DNA from: Ostreococcus lucimarinus
Taxonomy: Eukaryota
DNA: 64,000 nt
Direction: 5' to 3' (one strand)
Assembly (NCBI GenBank): GCA_000092065.1
Contig: CP000586.1
Part shown: piece by piece, positions 55,999 to 64,000 of the stretch
Layout of the letters: every line of letters starts with the position of its first letter
Position numbering within the stretch: position 1 is the stretch's first letter
Program-made: the position numbers and the translations under genes
The notes under the pieces: model-generated
Databases searched by the model: none
What the model was told of the DNA's origin: nothing
What the model saw: only the letters and a program-made list of their open reading frames with translations

Positions 55999-57285
55999 CT
56001 AGGAAAAATCTGACATGATGCTTGGATCCCTACAACGCTCGTGCACGCGATCGATCTCGACGAGCGTCTCTTCGCTCAAGACGATGTCGGGCCCAAACGC
56101 ATCGATGTTCTCCTTGAGCTGGGTCATGGAGGTGGCACCGATGATGGTACTGGAGACGTAAAATCGCGATTTACACCACGCCAACGCGAGCGTCGCGAGC
56201 GTTACGCCGGCTTCGTCGGCAATCTTCTTATACTCCGCCGTCGCGACTCTCGATGGGTCGTTCAAATACCGCTGATGGAAGCCGTATTTCGCGTACTTGA
56301 CCAAGCGACCTTCAGCTGCGTTCGAAGCGCCGTCCAGGTACTTTCCCGTCAACGCTCCGCCACCCAAGGGCGTCCACGGAAGAAGACCTATGTCGAAGTT
56401 TGACGGCGCGCACGCCTCGGCGAGTTCGGTTTCGAAGCCGCGATGTAACAAGCAGAACGAATTCTGAATCGACACCGGTCGAGGTACGCCGAGTTCATCC
56501 GCCGCGCGAACGAACTCGCACACTCCGAATGTGCTTTCGTTCGAGAGGCCGTAGTGCTTGATTTTCCCAGCCTTTATGAGCTCGCCGAGCGCCTCGACGG
56601 ATTCGCGAATCGGCACCGCGTCCGCTCTCTCGAGCGCGGGATTGTATGCCGGCGACCCAAAAAAAGCCCCAATGGGGACGTATCGATCGGGCCAATGTAT
56701 TTGGTATAAATCTATATAGTCCGTCTGTAATCGCGCCAAACTTGCATCGCACGCGGACTTGATCGATGCGCGATCTAATCTCCCCGTAGCCGTCGTCTCT
56801 TCGCGACGCCTATTGCCGACGATTTTCGCGCTCGCGCCGAACCCAGCAATCTTCGTCGCCAGCACGACATCTTCGCGCACGGCGCTCGAATTCTTCGCCA
56901 ACCAAGACCCAATAAACTTCTCCGTCGTTCCCGGCATCCAACTCGGATCACTCATAGGGACCGGGTACATCTCCGCGGTGTCGATGAAGTTCACGCCTCG
57001 TTGTTTGATGGCGTAATCCAACTGCTCGTGCGCCTCGGCTTCGGTGTTTTGCACGCCCCACGTCATCGTCCCCAGGCACGCGTCGGTCACGGCGATGCCG
57101 CTGTGTCCCAATCGCGACGTTCGAGGCAACGGCGCATCGCTCGTCGTCGTCGCCGCCGCCGCCTTGACGGTCGAGCGTGCGGACGACGACGGCGACGACA
57201 GCGCGTGGTGTCGTCCTCGCCGTCGACTCGCGACGCGCGTCGTCGTCGTCGCCGCCGCCGCCGTCGTCGTCGTCGTCGCGCGCAT
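55999..57285 (-). CDS. Aldo-keto reductase, Tas-like (NADPH-dependent), with a poly-Thr/Ala organellar presequence.
   Basis: 'LGTMTWGVQNTEAEAHEQLDYAIKQRGVNFIDTAEMYPVP' is almost identical in pattern to the E. coli Tas 'LGTMTFGEQNSEADAHAQLDYAVAQGINLIDVAEMYPVP'; 'LQTDYIDLYQIHWPDR' follows. N-terminus MRATTTTTAAAATTTT. Confidence 0.85.
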   Translation of the reverse strand: MRATTTTTAAAATTTTRVASRRRGRHHALSSPSSSARSTVKAAAATTTSDAPLPRTSRLGHSGIAVTDACLGTMTWGVQNTEAEAHEQLDYAIKQRGVNFIDTAEMYPVPMSDPSWMPGTTEKFIGSWLAKNSSAVREDVVLATKIAGFGASAKIVGNRRREETTATGRLDRASIKSACDASLARLQTDYIDLYQIHWPDRYVPIGAFFGSPAYNPALERADAVPIRESVEALGELIKAGKIKHYGLSNESTFGVCEFVRAADELGVPRPVSIQNSFCLLHRGFETELAEACAPSNFDIGLLPWTPLGGGALTGKYLDGASNAAEGRLVKYAKYGFHQRYLNDPSRVATAEYKKIADEAGVTLATLALAWCKSRFYVSSTIIGATSMTQLKENIDAFGPDIVLSEETLVEIDRVHERCRDPSIMSDFS

Positions 57286-57444
57286 CTTCGCTCGCGACGC
57301 GACGCGTGCGTCGCGATGTCCGACCGGCGCGCGCGTCGCGACGCCTCGGCTTCGAGCGGCGCCGCTAAAAGTGGCGCTTTATCCGCACACGACGACGACG
57401 ACCGCCGTCGCCTCGGTGCGCGCGCGCGTGGTCGAACGAGCGAG
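57286..57444. promoter_or_regulatory. Putative bidirectional promoter between the AKR and PsbS-like genes; rich in (GTC)n/(GCC)n trinucleotide runs.
   Basis: ~160 bp between divergent ATGs. Inferred from arrangement only. Confidence 0.3.
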
Positions 57445-58221
57445 ATGCGCGGTGCGATGAACGCGAACGCCGCGCTGCCCGCGCGAGCCGCGACGCGCGC
57501 GACGAGCCGACGAGCGACGACGACGACGACGCGCACGCGACGCGCGTCCATGACGTCACGAAAGGCGACGACGACGCGCACGCGCGCGGTGGGGATCAAC
57601 GACGCGGAGAAACCGCCGGAAGAAACGGTGGCGGGTGTGGAGTTGCAACTCGGACGAGCCGCCATGCTCGGGTTCCTCGGCACGACGGTCGGAGACGTGT
57701 TGACGCGAGGGGATGGACCAATCGAGCAGCTCGGCGATGAGTTTTCATACGTGGCGCGGCACGTCGTGAACCCGGTGGAAGTCGCGCGCGACGCCCTGGA
57801 AGTCGCAGGATTTTACGTTGAATCCGTGGTGTTGATTTGGTTTCTACTCGGCGGCTCTTTATTGCTCGGATTTTGGCAAGGAGCGCGCAGCCCGATTAAG
57901 ACGGTTTCGGGAAAATCAGCCAAGCAACGCGCCGAGGCGGCTTTCGGGGAAATCGAAAAGGCGTACGAGACGACGGTGCGCGAGCAAAAGCCTTACGAGC
58001 TCTTCAACGGTCGCCTTGCCATGCTTGGCACGGCGTTCGCGTTCGTTGGAGACGTCGAGACGGGTGGGTTGGGGCCTCTCGAGCAAGTGCAACTCGAAAG
58101 CGGCATCCCGATAATCGACGAAGAAATATTTGCGCTTGTTTTCCTCGCGGGCGTGAGTTTCAACGTCGTTGCCACTGGCGTCACCGCTGTGCGCAGGGCG
58201 TACGTAAAAGGTCGCGAATAG
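57445..58221 (+). CDS. PSBS: PsbS-like four-helix LHC-superfamily protein (photoprotection/NPQ) with a transit peptide.
   Basis: Two LHC motifs 'ELQLGRAAMLGFLG' and 'ELFNGRLAMLGTAFAFVG' separated by an extra helix, plus a fourth helix. 'GPLEQVQLESGIPIIDEEIFALVFL' parallels the PsbS 'GALAQLNIETGIPIQDIEPLVLL'. The start is taken at ATG residue 149 of the track ORF (Ala/Arg/Thr-rich presequence). Confidence 0.6.
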   Translation: MRGAMNANAALPARAATRATSRRATTTTTRTRRASMTSRKATTTRTRAVGINDAEKPPEETVAGVELQLGRAAMLGFLGTTVGDVLTRGDGPIEQLGDEFSYVARHVVNPVEVARDALEVAGFYVESVVLIWFLLGGSLLLGFWQGARSPIKTVSGKSAKQRAEAAFGEIEKAYETTVREQKPYELFNGRLAMLGTAFAFVGDVETGGLGPLEQVQLESGIPIIDEEIFALVFLAGVSFNVVATGVTAVRRAYVKGRE

Positions 58222-58271
58222 TCGCAGCAGACATGAGTATTGTATTACAGTTGTACACCCGATTCTTTTCT

Positions 58272-59510
58272 TTAAAACGTCCCCCCATTCAACGCCAAGC
58301 CTTTATCGAGGACGTGCGCCACTTGGTTGGGTTTCAGACGCACGTACTTTCCCAGAGGTAGCTCTTTCGGCATGCGCAATCCGCCCACGCGCGTACGCTT
58401 CAAGTTCTTAACGTCGACGCCCGCGTCCGCGCACAGCACGCGCACCTCGCGGTTGCGTCCGTCGACGACTTCGACCAAAATTCTATTCGCAGGCCCTCCA
58501 TCCGCGCCCATGGACTCGACGCGCACCGGCACGACGCGAGCTCCGTCGACTTCGGTCCCTTTAGCCATGGCGGCGATTTGCGCGCGCGTCGGTTTGTTAT
58601 TCGCCGTGACGACGTATTGCTTCACGACTTCGCTGCTCGGGTGCGCGACGCGCTGGGACCAGTCCCCATCCGTCGTGAGTAAAAGTAACCCGGTTGTGGC
58701 GACGTCGAGGCGACCGACGGTGAAGAGACGAGGCGGGAGCTTACCCGGATACGCCGCCTTGAACTCATCTCGCCACTGCTCGAACAAATCGTACACCGTC
58801 TTTCCTTGCGCCGAATTCGATTTTGTGCTGCATACGAAACCTTTAGGCTTGTTCAGCATGAAGTATGCGTGCTCTTTCACGAAGTTTACCCCACCTTCGA
58901 CGATTTTGCCATCCACCATGACGACGTCGGCGTTCAAGTTGACTTTGGTCTGCGGCGCCGTCACCGTCTCGCCGTTCACCTTGACGCGACCGCCAAAAAT
59001 TAAATCATCCGCCCCACGGCGACTTGCCACGCCCAAGCTCGCCAACGCTTTGCTCAAGCGTTCACCTTCATCTCTCGCGCGCCTGCGCTCGGCGGGTGTC
59101 ATGTAAACTTGGCCGTTGAATCGTTCGGCGGTTTTTCCCGCGCGTTTCGGTTTCCCGCGACTCGGCGTCAACGATCCAGACTCCGAGTTCGGAAGAAATC
59201 CCGCGAACACTTCGTCGTCTTTACCGTCTTCATCGAACCTATCACCACCACTAGACCCAGAGCTTGACGCTCCTCTCGCTCGCGTCGTCGTCGTCGCTGG
59301 CGCCGTCCACCGCTCGCCGGGCGCGCGCGCGCCGACTCTCACGCCCGTCGCTCGTGCACCGACGTTCTTCGCCGCCGACGACGACGTCGAGCAACACACC
59401 ACGCCGAGTGCCGTCGTCGTCGTCGTCGACGACGCTCGCATCAAGTGTCTCGCCGAACACGACCACGACGAACGCGCGACGACGACGGCGGCGGAGCTTC
59501 GAGACAACAT
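58272..59510 (-). CDS. RsuA/RluB-family pseudouridine synthase (S4 domain plus catalytic domain), organelle-targeted.
   Basis: S4 'RLSKALASLGVASRRGADDLIFGGRVKVNG'. Catalytic 'YFMLNKPKGFVCS...GRLDVATTGLLLLTTDG'. N-terminal Ser/Ala/Thr/Arg presequence. Confidence 0.75.
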   Translation of the reverse strand: MLSRSSAAVVVARSSWSCSARHLMRASSTTTTTALGVVCCSTSSSAAKNVGARATGVRVGARAPGERWTAPATTTTRARGASSSGSSGGDRFDEDGKDDEVFAGFLPNSESGSLTPSRGKPKRAGKTAERFNGQVYMTPAERRRARDEGERLSKALASLGVASRRGADDLIFGGRVKVNGETVTAPQTKVNLNADVVMVDGKIVEGGVNFVKEHAYFMLNKPKGFVCSTKSNSAQGKTVYDLFEQWRDEFKAAYPGKLPPRLFTVGRLDVATTGLLLLTTDGDWSQRVAHPSSEVVKQYVVTANNKPTRAQIAAMAKGTEVDGARVVPVRVESMGADGGPANRILVEVVDGRNREVRVLCADAGVDVKNLKRTRVGGLRMPKELPLGKYVRLKPNQVAHVLDKGLALNGGTF

Positions 59511-59715
59511 CGAGACGGTGCCGCTGCGCGCGCGTGCGATGGGTCGACGCGCGCGTCGCGCGTGCGAACAGCTGTGAAGAGCTGCGCGCGTTTAAGTCGA
59601 ACGCTTCGCGTCACCGCGCGTCGATCGCGTCGCGCACTGACGCGCCTGCGCATGCTGGAATGCGCGTGCGCCGCAGTCCGCCCCAGTGTGCGCCGCGCGC
59701 GCATTCGCGGCGACG

Positions 59716-60456
59716 ATGGGGAAGCTGTTGAACAAGTACGCCAATGGGCGAGGGTTACCCGCCAACGCCGAGCGCACCGCGCGCACGTTCGACGCCGAGC
59801 GACGACGCAAGAACGGCGGCGGCGCACTCGACACCTTTGCACGCGGTGGCGGCAACGCCGCGTCGACGTCGCGCGCTGGACACGGCGGCGCGACGAGTGG
59901 TGGGAAGAAGTGGAAATCTCGCGCCGGGGCGAAGCCGAGATTGATGCGCGCGCTGCGCGTAAGCGCGAAAGGACACCGCGCGCTCACCGCGCGAGAGGTT
60001 GAGAAACTCATCGAACCGGTGCTGCAACCCCGGCGAGCGAAGTACGGTGGACAAGGGTTCGCGAAGACGAGCACGTTCGTGAACATATCGTGCGATGATT
60101 TCTTGGGCGAATTCACCGCGCTGTTCGACGAACACGTCGATGGTTTCAACGGAAAATCGTACGTGAAGATGGGAAAGGCGCAAGAAGACATGCTGTGGAA
60201 GCAAAAGCTTCGCGAAAAGACGCGGCAAGAGGCAACGGGAGAACGTCAACTAGCGGGCGCACAACCATTTGAAGTCGCTCCGGACGGCGAGGCGAAGATT
60301 AAGAAGAAGAAACGGAAAATGATTGAATCTCCGACTGCGACGACGCCGAAAACCAAGGTCGATGTCGATTTGCAAGCCCAAGCCATCGCCGCGTACAGAG
60401 CGTTGAAGGCGAAAAAGGCGGCGACGCAGAACAACGCAGCGAAGTGGAAAAGATAG
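59716..60456 (+). CDS. Lys/Arg-rich hypothetical protein (nucleolar-like basic protein).
   Basis: ATG-initiated 246-aa ORF with a basic, KKKKRK NLS-like stretch and GC3-rich codons. No family recognised. Confidence 0.5.
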   Translation: MGKLLNKYANGRGLPANAERTARTFDAERRRKNGGGALDTFARGGGNAASTSRAGHGGATSGGKKWKSRAGAKPRLMRALRVSAKGHRALTAREVEKLIEPVLQPRRAKYGGQGFAKTSTFVNISCDDFLGEFTALFDEHVDGFNGKSYVKMGKAQEDMLWKQKLREKTRQEATGERQLAGAQPFEVAPDGEAKIKKKKRKMIESPTATTPKTKVDVDLQAQAIAAYRALKAKKAATQNNAAKWKR

Positions 60457-60518
60457 AACTTTAGCATTATGTAGCGCACAGCGATTGTAAAAGTAACAGC
60501 TGGTATCCTAGGTGATTT

Positions 60519-61187
60519 TCATCGAGTGCGGCATTCTCGCAAGGCGCGATCGACGTGTCGCAACGAGGCGGCGTTCTCATCCTCGTCGCCGTCGGTATCA
60601 ACTTCACCGAGCACGTCGAGCACTCGATTCGTTTCTTCCAGGCTCGCATCGACGTCTTCTAACGAAATAGCTGTCGCTTTGAGGAGGGATCGCTTTCTGC
60701 GATAGGCGACTCGCGCGCGTTCAACGGCGCCGTCCACCGCCGCGCCAAACGAAAGATCTTCTACACGAGGAGAAGTGACGCCACGAAACACGACGTGTGC
60801 ATCCACGCCCATGCTTGTCTTTGATGACGGGAGAAAGAATCGCGTGTTCGCGTCGCACAGGCGCTCGACGCGTTCTGCTTCGTCGCGCAAAAGACCCTTC
60901 ACGTCCTCGCGGCGTCTGGTCATCGTCCGTTGACGAAGCTCATCTTCGGCGCGCGAACACGACTCAGACGCGCGCGCATACGACGTCATCGCTCGCTCGA
61001 GATTTTCTATGCAGATGGCGTGAGAACAGTTCGCTGTGGATGCAGACTCGTCATCAGCGGAGGTCGCTTGTCCGTTCGGTTCTTCGGACGCGCGTTCGTC
61101 CGACGTCGCCGCCGGTCGAGTCGGCGCGTCGAGCGTCGATAAAGACGTCATGAACACATCGTCACCATCGTCGCGCGCGCTGGACAT
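60519..61187 (-). CDS. Hypothetical acidic coiled-coil protein.
   Basis: ATG-initiated 222-aa ORF between two plus-strand genes with moderately GC3-biased codons. No family recognised. Confidence 0.4.
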   Translation of the reverse strand: MSSARDDGDDVFMTSLSTLDAPTRPAATSDERASEEPNGQATSADDESASTANCSHAICIENLERAMTSYARASESCSRAEDELRQRTMTRRREDVKGLLRDEAERVERLCDANTRFFLPSSKTSMGVDAHVVFRGVTSPRVEDLSFGAAVDGAVERARVAYRRKRSLLKATAISLEDVDASLEETNRVLDVLGEVDTDGDEDENAASLRHVDRALRECRTR

Positions 61188-61351
61188 CGTCGTCCGGCGA
61201 TCGATGACGTCGGGCGGAAAGGGAAGCGAATCGGCGATTCGCCGTTGACTCGGCTTTTTGGTCTTTTTGGAAATGAAAGTGGCCGCGCGAAATTTTGCGA
61301 AATTTTGGGGGCGTCCCGGCGCCTCGCCTAAACCCTTGCTTGTCGTCGTCG

Positions 61352-63769
61352 ATGGCTAGATTGGCGGCGATGTCGCGCGCGCGCGCATTCCCCGTCGCGT
61401 CGTTGGCGATGACGACGGTGGAGACGCGCGGCGGGCGCGGAGGACCGCGCGTCGCCTCGCGCGAGGGCGTCGGCGTTCATCGAGCGCGTCGGCGTCCTCG
61501 TGCGCTGTCGCTCACGGTAATCGTCAGCCTTTGCGTCGCGAGCGCGAGCGCGCTCGCGCTCGCGTTCGCGCGCGAAAGTGCGGGCATCAGTGACGTTAGT
61601 GATGTCGACGACGCCGTCATCAGAGCCGGTGACGTCGCTGCAGCCGACGAGGTGGCGTCTACGACGTCGCACGACGCGCCCGCGTGCATCGCCGAAGGCG
61701 TGGCTGCGCTGTCGACGTTAGAGGAATTTAGATACGTCTTACTGGCGCGAACTTCGGCGAACGAGGACATGTGTAGGTGCTTTCCCACGTGGAGTCGCGG
61801 CGTCGGTGCCGCGGAAGAGGCGCGAAGAGGAGAGTCTGACGTGAAAAAGACGAAGAAAGAGCCGCGCGCGCCCTTGTTGTCTTTGAAAGAATACAAAGAG
61901 AACATGGAAGAGAAGATGGCGCAGAAGCAGCGCGAGAAGGAGGCAAAACAGCGCGAGAAAGAAGAGAAGGAGCGCAAGCGCAAGAAGGAGGAAGATGAGG
62001 CATTGCGACGTTTAGTAGAGGTGAATGTGACGCACGGCGCCGTTTCCGAAAACGAAGACGCAGAGACAAAAGGCGAGACGTTGGAACCGAATAGCACGGA
62101 GACGACGACGGTGGACGAAGAACCCGCGCCAAGCGAGGTTTCGATCGAAGTAGAAGGCGGGCAGCAGCAGGCGGAGACGATGGACGGAGCGTCGACGGCG
62201 GAGACTGGCGAGCTCGCTCGCGACGCCGTGAGCGAAACGTCGCAGGCGGCGCCCGCGCCGGTCGAACCGCCCGTGATGGAAGAAGAAGATACCGACGGTG
62301 AAGCAACTTTCGCTGAGCTCGTGATCAAACCTGAACGCCTCACGGAAGCAGACGCGGAGATGTACAATTACGCCGCGAGCTTCAACGGAGCAAAGGTGGT
62401 GGCGAGCGATAAGGATTCAAAACACGCGAGCGCCGCTTTGAAGGAAGATAAAGATGTTTATTACATTTCTCCATGCGCTTCGGAAAAGTTTGTCACTGTT
62501 GAGCTGAGCGAGGAGGTGACGGTGACGAGCTTGGTTTTAGGAAACTTCGAGTTTCATTCGTCTCGCGTCAAAGATTTCGAAGTTTGGGGCACGGACGGGC
62601 ACCACGCTATTGAGGAAGGTTGGAAGAGACTGATGATTGGACGTGCGGATAACACGCAAAACTATCAAAAGTTTGCCGTGCCTTCGCCAGCGTGGGTGCG
62701 TTACGTACAAATTCGCATGACTGGTCATCACGATCAGCAACACTTTTGCACGTTGAGCCTGCTGCGCATCCACGGTAAAGACGCCAAGGAGACGTTGAAA
62801 GAAGAGATGGAGCGTTTGCAAGCGGAGGTGCAAGAGGTAGAGTCGTTATTGTCAGACGAGGACGAGGACGAGGACGAGGACGAAGACGTGGATGTTCGCG
62901 AAAGTTCTGCAGAAGTTGTGCTAGACGTTGAGGAGCAAAATCGTGAGGAAACAAACGCGAGCGCTGTGGTGGGCGAAGAAAACGAGCGCGCGTCGACTGG
63001 TGACGACAGAGATGTCTCTACTTCGAGCGAAACAGATCACTCGGCAAATGTCAACACATCGATCGCGGAGGGTGCACCGAGCGAAACGACGTCGAACTCT
63101 GATGAGGATGACAACGCCGCACAGGAGAGAGCGACGAAGATTGATGCGTCGACAACGTCTCGTCCAAATGCGACCGCCGCGGGCGCGACCGCCGTGAACG
63201 CGACGAACTCGAACGCTACGGGCGTCGCGACGGCTAAACCCAAGATGGCGACATCGACGAATGAACTCGCCAAGGGTGGCGGCGATGCGAACGTGTTTCG
63301 GTTGCTGGCGCAGAAGATCAAGGATTTAGAGCTCAACCAATCGCTTTTGTCGCGGTACGTGGAGTCGCTCAACGTGCGATACGGCGAAACGTTGGAAGAC
63401 TTCGGGAAAGAGATTGACGAGATTGAAGAATCAGTGTCGAATTCCACTGGCAAGCTCGACGAAGCCAGTCGCCAAGCGCGAGCGAGCTCGAAAGCGTGCG
63501 ATGACGCCGTCGCGCGCGTCAACGATAGCTCCGAAAAGCTCGTCGCCGCAGCCGTGTCTGAGTTGGACGCGTATCGCACGACTGTCGCGAAGCGGGACAC
63601 CGTTCTCGCACTCGCGCTCGCGCTCACAGCAGGCGCGCTCGTGGCGTCGCGCAGATCGTCTGGTGCGATCGAACGCGTCTTGAGCGCGCTCTCATCATTC
63701 GCTTTGCTCGTCATCGTCGTGGCGAACATCGTCCTCATAGCACAAAATTTCTTGTTAAAGTCGATGTAA
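61352..63769 (+). CDS. Mid-SUN (Sad1/UNC-84 domain) protein: N-terminal signal-anchor, central SUN domain, coiled coil, C-terminal TM. SUN3-5/SLP1/SUCO class.
   Basis: '[19 protein letters not shown]...[45 protein letters not shown]...[28 protein letters not shown]' matches plant mid-SUN domains (NYA..., ...NPC..., FV.IEL, VLAN.EF.SS.VKDFE, WVRY..., YCTLS). C-terminal TM '[15 protein letters not shown]'. First ATG is residue 20 of the track ORF (track start TTG). Confidence 0.75.
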   Translation: [805 protein letters not shown]

Positions 63770-63832
63770 CACCCTTTTCCAACCGCAACCGCAAAGCCAT
63801 TCGCCCACGCCATTACCGTCGTCGTCCCTTTT

Positions 63833-64000
63833 TTTAGGGTTTAGGGTTTAGGGTTTAGGGTTTAGGGTTTAGGGTTTAGGGTTTAGGGTTTAGGGTTTAG
63901 GGTTTAGGGTTTAGGGTTTAGGGTTTAGGGTTTAGGGTTTAGGGTTTAGGGTTTAGGGTTTAGGGTTTAGGGTTTAGGGTTTAGGGTTTAGGGTTTAGGG
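63833..64000 (+). repeat. Telomere: (TTTAGGG)n, ~24 perfect units running to the window end (plant/green-algal type).
   Basis: Read directly: ...ccctttttTTTAGGGTTTAGGG... The G-rich strand runs 5'->3' toward the end, so this is the right-hand chromosome terminus. Confidence 0.95.

Noticed and set aside
1-64000. Search for CRISPR arrays, rRNA, tRNA, transposases/reverse transcriptases and viral genes.
   Set aside because: No direct-repeat/spacer arrays, no rDNA-like conserved stretches and no RT/integrase/transposase/capsid motifs in any frame. tRNAs cannot be excluded by eye; the few 50-130-bp spacers show no obvious cloverleaf. Covariance-model tRNA and ncRNA searches (tRNAscan-SE, Infernal) would be decisive.

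Overview
This window is GC-rich (roughly 60% overall, with some >70% islands), extremely gene-dense eukaryotic nuclear DNA that ends in a (TTTAGGG)n telomere. It is therefore a chromosome end. The telomere repeat type, the compact mostly intronless genes and the GC3-biased codon usage fit a Mamiellophyceae picoalga (Ostreococcus/Micromonas-like); that assignment is inference. I support about 33 protein-coding genes, nearly all single-exon. Most sit head-to-head or tail-to-tail with 40-200 bp spacers, and several convergent 3' ends touch or overlap. Highlights: a 14-kb intronless axonemal-type dynein heavy chain divergently paired with an RIIa-like docking-domain protein; a 4-exon THADA/Trm732 homolog, the only intron-containing gene found; DDX1, NAA10, PSMG2/PAC2, a peroxisomal-type thiolase, an ATXR3-like SET protein and a two-pore K+ channel with EF-hands; a run of plastid-type genes at 50-59.5 kb (FLU, TMEM14/FAX, CBS-like, sugar porter, Tas-like AKR, PsbS-like, RsuA-type pseudouridine synthase); and two bacterial-type membrane proteins (BCCT transporter, UPF0060/YnfA). 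I recognised no rRNA, tRNA, CRISPR or transposon. All ORF boundaries come from the supplied track plus in-frame arithmetic. My direct reading of line labels was sometimes off by 1 nt, so repeat coordinates are approximate (about +/-2 nt).
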